The position numbers and the translations under genes were made by a program. DNA of 64,000 nucleotides from Trichoplax sp. H2 (Eukaryota). Of the stretch, positions 31,901 through 48,360 are shown piece after piece; position 1 is the stretch's first letter, and every line of letters begins with the position of its first letter. The notes beneath the pieces are model-generated. The model saw nothing but the letters and a program-made list of their open reading frames with translations. It did not search any database and was not told the DNA's origin. The stretch covers positions 248,001 through 312,000 of the forward strand of contig NOWV01000010.1 of NCBI GenBank assembly GCA_003344405.1, read 5' to 3'.

Positions 31901-34090
31901 AAATTCCTTGCATAATTCCAATGATCTAAGAAAAGTAATGGGACCGTGGTTAGGTTTTATCGTTTACTCTTTATTATAAACAAACAGAAATGGTATTTTC
32001 CTACTAAAGGTGTACCTCAAATGTAAGTTATCTACAGCTTTAAGTAAAGGAATGTTTTAAAAATAGAAACACACTTAAAAGTGTGTTTAGCATTGATTTA
32101 AAACTAAACTCGATAGTATAAGTCAATAGAGTCTGAGAGAATTATGTCAATCTAGTTAATTGCAGGCATCGTGACTTCTTTTACTTACCCAGTTTCGTAA
32201 TTCCAAATTCTGACTGATCGATCCATCGAGCAGGTAGCGACAAGGGGTTTACGTACGCAAATATCAAGGCCACTGATAACATGATGATGAAAGGAGCAAG
32301 AAAGTAACTCAAAACTAATAATCTCCCCCTATTAAAATAAATGGATGTTTACTCATTGAAAACAGATACTTTTCTTCTATTACTTATACTTTACATACCT
32401 TGGCCATATCTGCTGATGATAGAGAAATGGTATAAAGTTGATTGTCGCTACTGCTACAAATTAAATTTTCTTCCGATGGGCTAATAGTTATAGTTTTAAT
32501 ACTAGGTGAATGTTTAACTGTTTCCTCTTTTCTCAAGGATGATGAAGGTAACGCCATTTCTCTCGTCTTTCTATAAGTATCTTTTTCATCGGTTTTCTCG
32601 AAAGTATACGCCGATCCATTCGCACAACCACATATAAATCCTTTAGTATAACTAACGATGCTGTGAATAGCTAAGCGATCATCAATTATTTTATCTTCCA
32701 TAATTGTATTTGTCGTCGATCTAAGACCATTTCAGATAGTAAATTCAATAATTAATTTTAAAGCAATATTTTTCTACGGTCCAAAGTTTGAAACGATTAG
32801 TATCTTAAGACAAATTAACCTTACCGCTGGCGTGATTCGGCAGTCGGACTAACGATGCTAAATTCATTTTTTAATTCACCGGCTTCTAGTAGAAGTAATC
32901 TACCAGAATCAGTTCCAACGATAATTTTGTCATCACTCAACCAGCTCTGACTTAAATAGTTTTGTGGATCCATTTTTAAGAAAGCAAACTGCTTTAAATT
33001 GCCTTCATTATAACGAAATAATTTAAATATTCCGCTTCCAGTTACGCAAACTTGAGAATTATCTTGAGGATTGAATGTAACCTAATTGGTGTTAAGTTAA
33101 TATTAAAATTTCATATCATGTGTGCCTAAAAAATGATGGTGCAGCTCTAACAAGCAATGAAATTCTACGTTAAAAATTATCCTACTCTATCTTAAATAAC
33201 CCTGGGGATTATGTTTTATTTTATAAATCATTTGATCATCCATCAATTTCAAACGATGCAAAATTTATAGCTTTAGACAATAATTATTAGATATGATGAA
33301 TCAAATATTTTTTAGTAAATTTATCGTCAAAGCGTTGAAAGTGTTATGTATTTCGAATTCTATCTAGAATATGTGGATTAAATATTACGCGTATATATAT
33401 ACATATGCGAACTTCGTTGACTTTCCATTCTTAAAAACGTTCATTATCACATCTCAAAACGAATTAAACTGTCATTATTTTAATTTTAGATTATAATACT
33501 ACTAGCAAACATAATCAAGTATATACAAGCAGTTGCAATGTAATCAAGGATGACGATCCCAATCTAATGATCTCGCTCAAATTTTAAATAAATCTTGTAT
33601 TTCTTGCAAGTTGAATTATTACCTGATAAATTGTGGCATTGTGCTGATTAGTTGTCTTGACGCAAGCTAATGGTTTCGATTTTTCCCATGTCCAATAAGT
33701 TAATGTCCAATCGGGCTTACCACTCTGTGTTACTAGATATTTAGAATCTGGTGAAAATGCCATGCTAACGTACTCATTAGATGTACATTCCGGTAATGTT
33801 AAGACCTTCTTTCGTTTTAAAGAGTGAATATCATAGATATTGATGGTAGGCTTATCTCCTCGTTCAGCAATAGCAACATAGCGCCTATTCGTACTAACAG
33901 CAATTGCTGATGTGTACTGACTTTTCTCCGATCCAATGATAAATTTTTGACTTCTTTGATCGACATTATAGACAACGCAGTTCGATCCAACAGGGTAAAC
34001 GATGGATTGCTCGTCTAAATAGCTAACTGTGTCTCTTAGATCACCTTTTAAGCCAAATACGTAACGATGCGATAATTGTGCTAAAGCCAT
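25945..34090 (-). CDS. CFAP57: Cilia- and flagella-associated protein 57 (WDR65), paralogue A, 18 exons, apparently more diverged copy
   Basis: WD40 N-terminus ([43 protein letters not shown]) and coiled-coil C-terminus ([80 protein letters not shown]). GT-AG junctions throughout. Confidence 0.93.
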
Positions 34091-34383
34091 CTTTACTCTT
34101 GAATACGATAATTTAAAAAGATTGTAATAGTTATCAACCTGTTATTACAGTATTAACAATCAGTAAACTAAATTATGTCTAAGTAATGATGGACGATAAT
34201 TAGTAATCGCTTAGCAGCGAGGCAAATGCCAAAATTTTCTATCAGTTATTTTTTTACCAAGTACAGTAAACCAATACAACATTAAATATATCAAGAAACT
34301 GTTGAAAAGGAGGCAGTAACTTGATTTCATTAACTGTATTACAATATTTATCCAATCACGGATAACAACAGGTAGTCACTAAC

Positions 34384-34403
34384 GGTAACTGTTGCTAGGT
34401 AAC
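34384..34403. promoter_or_regulatory. RFX X-box about 300 bp upstream of the CFAP57-A ATG
   Basis: GGTAAC-T-GTTGCTAGGTAAC; 34391-34403 is a 13-bp X-box (GTTGCT-A-GGTAAC). Confidence 0.7.
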
Positions 34404-35509
34404 GACATTAGATTTATAATTTTGTTATTTAAATTTATTCATATTGAACATCATGGAAGGATGTAATAGTCTAATTAATTACTTGAATAAATTAAACTGA
34501 ATAATAGACAGTTATAGTATTGACAACACTGAATTTGAGAATACTATCTTGTAAGGAGATATTTGGTATGTTTGCGTTATGGTATAGCGTAAAGCAATTT
34601 AGAGTTGTAGTCATAAGTCTCTACTTTATTTTCTCGGACGAGATGAGTGTATGAATTAAAGTGCGGATATACTCGTAGCTAACAGTTTGATATTCTACTA
34701 TGTAGTTCAATTGATATCTTATATCGAGTTCATCTCGCTAACACTACTTTGAAGCATCTGAATTCTTCGAAACAGCTTTTACCTGAAAATAGCCTCAATC
34801 GATATCCTAAGAGTTTTCTAATATTTATAAGCCTATATATAGCATTTATAACTGAGCATATAAAATTATACAGTATTCGATATATGTACATAGGTAATAT
34901 CAAACGATATTAAATTAACCTTTAAGTTATAGCATCTTAACCAAGTAAAAGTTAAGATTAAAGAATCTTAAAATCAATGCGTTCTCAAAGTATATTTTAT
35001 TGTATTTAGTCTGTCATCAAGTATATTAATATACATTATATTATAATCATGTTTAAAATTGTCGTTCGTTATAAAGAAAACAATAAGTATGTTAAAGGAA
35101 GAATAATGGCAATCTTTAAACATATTCATGATGACCACCGATCTGAAACCGAAAAGACTAATGGTTTCTACAAATTTACTACAATTTCATAGGGATAAAG
35201 TGCAGATACGCTATCTGAGGCAATATTACAACTTGTATCATATTTTACAGCTAGCTTTAAATAGGGAAACTCCATTTAGCTTAGAGTAGATACATTTTAC
35301 AGATCTTAAGATAATAAATATCAATGTTTTTATTTCTATTAGAAATAATACTGTTGTATTATAGTCGTTTTAATGCATTAGAGCTTAGTTTCTATAATCG
35401 TTTTTATATTTCTGATCATCTGTCTTGCATCATTGGGTAATATTTAAATCAGTTTCCAATTAGAATGAGAAACTTACAATATATAATCCTATTTATCCTA
35501 TTTGAATCA

Positions 35510-38500
35510 TTACTGTGCCGTAATTGAAGGTAAATGACCATTAGACGGAGGTCTGGTACTAATATGTTCTTCAATTTCTTGAATTTGGATTCTTAATTTG
35601 GCAATTTCAGCTTTTTGCATTTCAATAATTTTAACATCTTCTTCTCGTGTAGTTGCCTTATTTTTGTTAGTCATCGTTTGAGATGCTTGTGTCGCTAACA
35701 ATTCTACACCTGTTCCTTTACGAACACCTAATGCAGCTTCAAGATCATTGATTTGTCCTCTTGAAAGTTTGAGTTCTTTCCTCAAGTCATTAATTTCTCT
35801 GATTAATGCGACATTTTCCTGTCAACATAAAAATCAAATTGTAAAAATTCAAACCTCATGGTAACTTTTCAGTGTAACAGTCAAAATGCAAGATCATGGT
35901 AATTATAAACTACTATCTTTGTCATTACCTGCATGATTTTGACATTATCAACTCGATGGATTTCAGAATCTTTTGATAATTTTTTCCGTAAAGACGAGAC
36001 ACTACGCTCCAAATGTTCTCTTTGCCTGGCGTATTCACGCTGAATATCATTATCGATGTTGGCTGCTTCGGGCTAAATGGAATTCGATAAGAAAAAGCGT
36101 TAGTTATTTAATTAAGTAAATATTTAAGCGGTATTATCTTTGATTAAAGAAAGAGTAGTAATATATTGGAAAAGATGTCTTTAATATGAGGCGTACACTT
36201 ACCGTATCATTTTGGACATACTTGTCGTATAAATTCTCGATTGAGAATTTTAATTTATTGGGATCTTGTATGTATCGAACGCAATCGTGTAAATCAACTT
36301 TGAATTTCTTTAGCAATGCTTCACTATCACGAACCTGAAATAGATTATCGGTACGTTTATGTTAACGCATACCTTCGTTTAAGTAATCGATAATTTCTAT
36401 CATTATTTTTTATTGCTCTTTTTTGGATTTAAATATTTAAATGTTACTTGTATCCAACAAATAATAACCTTTTGCCTGGCGATCCTTAATTCTTTATCGG
36501 TAGCTTTTAGTTTTAATCGTAATTCAGAGATATTTAATTCTAAATTGATATTTTGTTTATGGAATCTTTCCAATTCACTTTCCATCTAAATAAAGATTAA
36601 CACACATTAGATATATCTATTTAGTATTAGAAAGAAATTATAAGGTGCAGTATAACTTAAAAAGTTTTAATTTTCTGCAAATTGATTTGCACTGAGTTAT
36701 TAGCATTTGAAAACAGATATAATTACTTCTTGGATCTGTTCTTTCATTGCTTTGATATCGTTTTCCCGTGGTTCTATTTGCTTTTTAAGCTCTTTGATTT
36801 TATAGTCTAGTACAAATTTAAATTTCTCTAATTCTTGATTTTTCTTTTTTAAGTCGTAAATACGTTTTTCCTATTAAAAATTATTAATTTCAATATTATT
36901 TTTAAAGCCGACAACCTAATGATACAGGGGCCTAATATAAAAGTAATAGGACTAACTTTGTCTTGAATCGTTTCGTCTCGTTCTTGTATTTCTTTCTTTA
37001 GACCGGATATATCCTTTTCCAAAGATTTAATTATATTTTGAAGCTTAACGCGTTCTCCTTGTAGTTTCTTAATCTCTTCTTTATGCTCGTCAATCTCTTT
37101 CTGCAGACTAGTAAACTGTAATAAATTGTCATAAAAGTTAATAAGTTATACCTACAATCAACTAGAAATAGCTACTATCAGTCCACTTTCAATAGTTTAC
37201 CTTCTTTCTCATTATTCCAGTTTCTCCTTTCAGCCTCAAATTAGCTTCTTTTTCATCGCGTAATCGGCGCTCGTACTTATTCTTTATATCAACAATTTCT
37301 CTATCGACATCTTCCTCAATTTGCCTCTTCGTTTCATCATATTCTCTTGTTAGCTGCTGTTGTTCCTCATTAGCCTATATGATACAAACAGGTACATTAA
37401 TAATCTTATTTAGCGCCTAAGTCTCAATAACAATTCTTGAAATCCCATTTTAAGGTCCGATATTTACCTGTTCCAATTGACTAGATTTCTCTTGTAGTTT
37501 ATTCTCGTAATATTCTGTTAAATCCTGTAGGGATACTTCTTTAGATTCATCCATTTCATTTAATTGGCGTTCATATTCCTGATAAAATTACACAGAAAAA
37601 TTATTTATCCGAATATTTTTTTACCATTTTTTAGTGCGATAACGAGATATTTCAAAAGCCATTTCAAACCTCCTGCATTTTTTGACTTTTAGCTTGTAAT
37701 TCTTGGTATTTTTCGTATTCAGACATTAATTTTTGATTATTTGCCGATTCTAATAAATAACATTACAGCAATATTGCAAGTTGAGATTGCTGGTTATTGA
37801 TATGCCTTCAGTCATATTGTATATCTTATTACCAAGATCTTGCAATTCTTTAGCGTGATCTTCTAGAACGTCGTGTATTTGTTCTTCATGTCTCGTTTCC
37901 TCTTTATCCTTTTCAGTTTTCAGAACTTGATTTTTTGTTTTTAATGATTCCATCTCTTGAATGAATTTTTCTGTTAATTCACGAATTTTTTCGTTATAAT
38001 TCATATCTTTTAATCGTAATTGATATTCATTTTCCATTTTTAATTCATCAACTCTCGTTTTTAATTCTGTCATCATTGCATTCTATAATTAAGTGAGCAG
38101 ATCCTTTAGTATTTTACGATCCAAACTATGGTATGTAAAATAATTAGGCTACGAAATATACGACAAGCTTACTTTTTCTTCAAGGTCTGATTTAGTAATC
38201 AATATTTCCTCAGCAAATGCGACTTCTTTGTCCCGTTTTAATCCTCTACCTTCTTTTTCGCTAATTTTGAAAATATAGAAGCTTCCATCTTCACTTACTG
38301 AGAATAGATATTGGTCATCATACGAAATTCGTAGCTAAAATTTTAGGATTTGATCCAAAAATTGATTAGCGTGACATGTTATATGATAAATAATACTAGT
38401 TCAATAAGTTGATTTGTTACCTTTGCGACTCCAAGGGCATGAGCTTGATATTCTTGCCATTCTCCTGTTGCAGTTAGCGGATACTTGATTGATCGAACTG

Positions 38501-41031
38501 TACCATTGTTGGTACCAGCAAATAACATTTTGCCGCTATGAGAAATAGCTACTTGTGTAAATACAGCATCTCCAGCATGAATATCACGGAGAATTTGAGA
38601 ATCACAAATTTCTTTTAGCGTATGATCAGTTCCAACAGCATAGATAACCTTCCCCTCAGGTGATACGGTTACATCTGTATAGCTACAAGATTTCAAGACA
38701 CTTTCTCCTTCACGTTTACTTGTGAAAACGGACCACTCATACACAGCTCCATCCATACCACATGAGATGATACTTCCATCATCGATACTCCAACGTACTG
38801 AGCGTACCTTTAAAATTTTTTAAAATGAAAGTTTTCAATATCTGTACAGTATATAAATACATATATATGATAACGTATCGATTCTGTTAATTTAATTATC
38901 AGATAAATTACCTTTCCATTATGTCCTTTTAGGTTAGTAACGTTATCAAAAGTTGTTGTTGAATAAACTTGGATAACATTACCATGTACGGCAGCAAAGA
39001 GGTGACCTCCATTACTAAATGAGCACTGTAGACGGCAAATTAAATAGAAACTCAATAAGATAAATAAACTTAACACACAGCCTGGTAAGTGTTTATTGTT
39101 GATATTATATCGTATATGCTGTACAAACGTATAAACCAGAAATTGCAAAAGAGTATTAGGTAGCAGTTATGAAAAGTTACCTCGCGACAACCACGGATAG
39201 TAAATTCACGAAATGTGCGAATATCGTCAATTAAAAGATTCATCAGACGTAATTTATCACTGAATCCGACTAAAATGTATAAGCCTGAAGGATGGACAGC
39301 TACACTGAAGGCTTCTTCCTGAAAGTCCTTATGTAATTCTAACATTCTATTGTATTATGGTTGAGAATCGTTAGTAAAATATGGTTAACTTTGAAATCAT
39401 TTTTCATAGAGAAATAAGACTTGATAGAAAATGAAACTTACCCAGATTCAAAATTCCAGATCCTAACTGACTTATCCATAGAGCATGTTGCAATTAAAGG
39501 TTTGCGTATACATGTATCCATGCCAGTTATTGCATCACGATGAAAGGGAAATGTTAAGACATCAAACCGCGGTATATCACCCTAAAAGAAGTTAAAAAAT
39601 TAATTTAGGCGATGTTGCTATCCTATATTACAGTTATTGATCAATAAATCAGCAAATGTCTATCTACCTTTGATATATCAGCTGTAGATACAACAACTGT
39701 ATAAAGTTGATTGTCGCTAGTGCTACAAATCAAGTTTTCTTCCGATGGGCTTAAAGCTAAATGTTTTATTTCAGGGATGCTTGAATCAGGAGTATCGGCA
39801 TGCTGAGTATCAAGTGGAAGCCTAATTTCTTTCAATTTTTTATAGGAATCTCTTTCTTCACCTTTTTCAAATATATAAGCCGCACCACTGGCTGTACAAC
39901 AAATAAAGCCCTTTTCATATGTAACGATATCATTAATTGGAGTTTTATCTTCATGTTTAGCATCAGTTATCTGATCTATCGTTGGCCTATGCATTGTAGA
40001 AAGTAACAAATATTAGCAATATTCATTAGAGAGGCATTTATCTCTCATGTTTTATGACCATGATATACATATACGTATATATATACTGTATATATTTTTA
40101 AGATAGCATGAGTGATTTATTAGGATTATTCTATTACTCAAAAATTATTGCCGATATACCTCGATTTAAAATCTGATGCAGAGGTAGTAAGTGTAAATTC
40201 ATTTTTTAGCTCGCCAGCTTCGAAAAGGAATAATCGACCTTCGTCCGTACCAACAATGACTTTATCTTCCGTAACCCATGACTGGCATAGGTAATTGTGC
40301 GGTTCCATTTTCAAGAAAGCGAATTGTTTAAGATTACCTTCACTGTAGCGAAATAGCTTAAATATACCATTGCCAATAACACATAATTGTGTATTATCCT
40401 GTGGGTTGAAGGTTACCTTTATTTTGAAGAAATGAAATGTTAATTCTTTTTAAAACGAAGGCTATCGTTATTATGGAAGTCATGTTAACAACGTATTGTA
40501 TTATATTGAGATTGAAATAGTCTAATTTAAAATATATTGTAGACATGTTATGGTATTACTAACTTGATAAATTGGTGCACTTTGTTGATTTGTTGTTTTC
40601 GTTGTGGCCATTACTTTGGACTTTTCCCATGTCCAATACAGTAATGTCCAATCGGGTTTTCCTCCTTGTGATGCTAAATATTTTGAATCTGGAGAGAATG
40701 CCAAACTAACATATTCGCCGAAGTTGTGATCTGCACTACTAAGAATCTTTCTTCGTTTCAAAGTATGTAAATCATAAATGGTAATAGTTGGTTTATCGCC
40801 TCGTTCGGCGATAGCAATATAGCGACGATTAGGACTGATAGCAATTGCAGTCATGCCTTGGCTTTTATCAGAGCCAAGGATAAATCGTTGAGATTTCTGA
40901 TCGATATGGTATAAAATACAGTTTGAACCAGCAGGATAAATAACAGTTTGCTCGTCGAGAAAGTTGACATTACTAGTCACTCCGCCTTTGATACCAAAGA
41001 CGAAGCGATGCGATACAACAGCAGTTGCCAT
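35510..41031 (-). CDS. CFAP57: Cilia- and flagella-associated protein 57 (WDR65), paralogue B, 18 exons
   Basis: Same architecture and exon order as copy A, starting [16 protein letters not shown]. Retains [12 protein letters not shown] and [18 protein letters not shown] motifs and ends [14 protein letters not shown]. Confidence 0.95.
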
Positions 41032-41305
41032 GATGAAATCCTTGGAATTAACGGTGTTGGCCAATTACTGTTAAGATTTTTTAAATTATATTAATGATAC
41101 GTAATTTAACGATCGATGGTAGGATTCCTGTACAACGTAAGATGAGTTAATTCAAATTTTTTAAAGAGAAAAATAAATTCAAGGAAGTACTGAATGTATG
41201 TAGTTGTAGGGTATTTTAACTCCTATTACTCTTACTATTGAACGTTAGCAATATACGAATAATTCAGTGGAATGACTTTATATCTTGAAACGCTTTACAG
41301 AAGAA

Positions 41306-41324
41306 CATAGCAACGGTTGCTATG
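41306..41324. promoter_or_regulatory. Palindromic pair of RFX half-sites about 285 bp upstream of the CFAP57-B ATG
   Basis: CATAGCAAC-G-GTTGCTATG is a perfect 9-bp inverted repeat built from X-box half-sites. Confidence 0.55.
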
Positions 41325-41369
41325 AATTTGATATTTTCATAATACTGTCCTTTACCGTAAACTCAGATC

Positions 41370-41520
41370 TAACTGTACTGTACACTGTACACTGTACAAG
41401 TGTACTGTACATTGTACAAGTGTACTGTACAGTACAGTATTACAGTATAATAGTACTGTACCTTCACTGCGAAATACAGTACTGTACTGAACGGTACCAA
41501 TGAAACCTACGTACAGTAGG
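41370..41520. repeat. TACAG/CTGTA pentamer array upstream of CFAP57-B
   Basis: ctgtactgtacactgtacactgtacaagtgtactgtac...tgtactgtacagtacagta. Confidence 0.8.
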
Positions 41521-41722
41521 GTATCTTCAGTAGAGTCATGGACTGCTACGGTAGAACTGCTGAAGAAGACCTGGGCTAATCACTCTTGGACGGACAGACG
41601 CTTTTGACCTCATCTGGTCATAATATTGTCTTCTTCTGGTAGTCCCATGGTCCAGTTCAGTACTACACAAAGTCAAACCTATCGTAGCAGCGAATTTGGA
41701 TATCTGTTGCGGACGGCATAAT
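41521..41722. ncRNA. Candidate structured non-coding RNA of unknown family
   Basis: GC-richer island with nested stems: 41543-41554/41679-41690 (12 bp, one G-U), 41556-41570/41628-41643 (15 bp, one bulge, G-U pairs) and hairpin 41605-41620. These are followed by GAATTTGGA and a weak 3' hairpin. Expression not shown. Confidence 0.35.
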
Positions 41723-41999
41723 GTACTGTATTGTACAATTGCGACATATGCTACAGTTGGAATAAGCAGTAAAATGAGCTTTCACATTATTAGGAAAGCG
41801 AACGACGGTTTCTGTTCCTCTCTCTTTCGTTCTTTTTAGCTGATGTAGTGCAGTGTTCGATGGTTTGAGTCGCAGATTCAGATTCTGGTAGATACTAGAT
41901 ACAGTAGTATGATAGAATTTAGAAACATGAGTACAGTATAATTATACTAAATGGAGAGTCCTGCTGTAAACTATGAATGGTTGTCCAAGGACTTAACAT

Positions 42000-42250
42000 G
42001 CTATCATCATCATCATTATCATCATATGCTGTACTAAATATATTAAAATAATTTTGTGTCGCTTGCGTAACCCTTATCCAGACCAATCAGAACGTACGAT
42101 ATACGACCAATTTAAATACCACTGTCATCATCATCATCATCATATATATATAAATAATTTCCCTAATATAAATAATTTGTGTCGCGTGCGTAACCCTTAT
42201 CCAGACCAATCAGTACGTTCCGATGTACGATCAATTTAAATACCACTATA
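42000..42250 (+). repeat. Tandem duplication (~125-bp unit) of a (CAT)n + CCAAT + TTTAAATA module
   Basis: GTGTCGC.TGCGTAACCCTTATCCAGACCAATCAG..CAATTTAAATACCACT occurs at about 42056 and 42179, each preceded by a (CAT)n tract. Confidence 0.85.
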
Positions 42251-42795
42251 CACTATGCATATTTTCGCCAGCGAAGTCGGCGGACTCAAACTCGTATCTA
42301 TTAAAGTTTCTTCCTCATTAGTGATCTTTTTGTCGATTTCTGGACTATCACTGGATAATAGCTATAGTATAGCTTGGGAGCTAAAGAGTTAATTAATTAA
42401 GATTATTTCATTTTATCGGAGTGATTTATTGGCAATATTAAATTTCTATATTGTAATTTATATCACTTCCTAATGTAGTTCACGTTAATTTTTCTGGTTA
42501 TTGCGACAAGATCTGCAGTCCAATCGCAATTTCGAATTCATATAAAATAAAGTTTCTAAATTTTTAATTCAACGATGTTTTGATCGACCTTCGGTCCATT
42601 ACCTACTTACTAAGTACTGTTATTATGATTTAATCGAGTATCTGACCACTGATCATGATGCGGATATACTGTACAGTACACTACAGTATTATTCTCCATT
42701 ACATTAATGTGCGTAGAACATGACTTAGTAAGTATAGAAACTAAAGCTGTAATGTGCTCTGCAGTCTATCAGGAGTCCACGATTGGATGAAGAGG

Positions 42796-42990
42796 TCTTC
42801 TACTGGTTGCAACAGCGTAACGACTTACTCAAAGAGTGCATGCCTTATTTAATAATTTGCAAAGTTGAAGTTATCTTCTACTGGTTGCAACAGCGTAACG
42901 ACTTACTCAAAGAGTGAATGCCTTATTTAATAAATTGCAAGAAACAGCTAAATTGCAAGAAACAGCTATCAGCAAGAAACAGCTATCAAA
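42796..42990 (+). repeat. Direct duplication (78-bp period) followed by three copies of GCAAGAAACAGCTA
   Basis: TCTTCTACTGGTTGCAACAGCGTAACGACTTACTCAAAGAGTG.ATGCCTTATTTAATAA.TTGCAA at 42796 and 42874; GCAAGAAACAGCTA at about 42937, 42955 and 42972. Confidence 0.85.
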
Positions 42991-43014
42991 CTAGAAACCA
43001 CTCCTGAAACTAGA

Positions 43015-43160
43015 ATGTTCGTACAGTCACGTACACTCGTACAGTACTGTACACTGTACTGTACAGTACTGTGTACTCTGTATTGTAACAATGGCAAGTC
43101 ACGTACAGTACAGTGTACAGTACTAGATGAAACAAGAAATATCAAATTGTACTGTACATT
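43015..43160. repeat. TACAG/CTGTA pentamer array upstream of AMPK alpha
   Basis: gtacagtactgtacactgtactgtacagtactgtg...gtacagtacagtgtacagtac. Confidence 0.8.
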
Positions 43161-43564
43161 ACCGAGATTAATAAATGACTGTTCAAGTGTCAACACGATG
43201 GCCAGCATGAGCAGGTGTTTTACTGGTGTTGCACCAAAAGAGATTGTGGATGCATATGTTTAATTCAACATACACACATAGCTGCACTGAGAGGATTATG
43301 GTAGAAAAATCTTTCCCATTTTTTAACTGTTTGGATTGATGGATTAATAACTTATATGATTATTAAAGCGATACGAGCTTAGGCTAATACAACCCTTCAT
43401 CATCGTACTGTACTGTACTGTATATCGACAATTGTTTACGGCAGATTTTTGATTGCCCCGTGGTTATTAGCTGTCTTGGTGGTTGTTGATGTAAACTCCA
43501 ATCGCCGTCATTCTGATCAAGTTGGTTGATTGATTTTAGAGCAATATTGTATTTGGATCGTTAG

Positions 43565-48360
<4,796 letters not shown>

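Noticed and set aside
41501..41570. Hammerhead ribozyme (GAAA..stem..CTGAAGA)
   Set aside because: Stem III/NUH register is off by one base, and no stem I or II consistent with the catalytic core could be built.
42066..42200. Telomerase RNA template (TAACCCT)
   Set aside because: It continues TAACCCTTA rather than TAACCCTAA, sits in a duplicated unit, and I saw no pseudoknot or H/ACA domain.
42054..42239. ORF with poly-His and repeated LCRxRNPYPDQS
   Set aside because: Explained by the (CAT)n tract and the 125-bp duplication; non-ATG start and no splice support.
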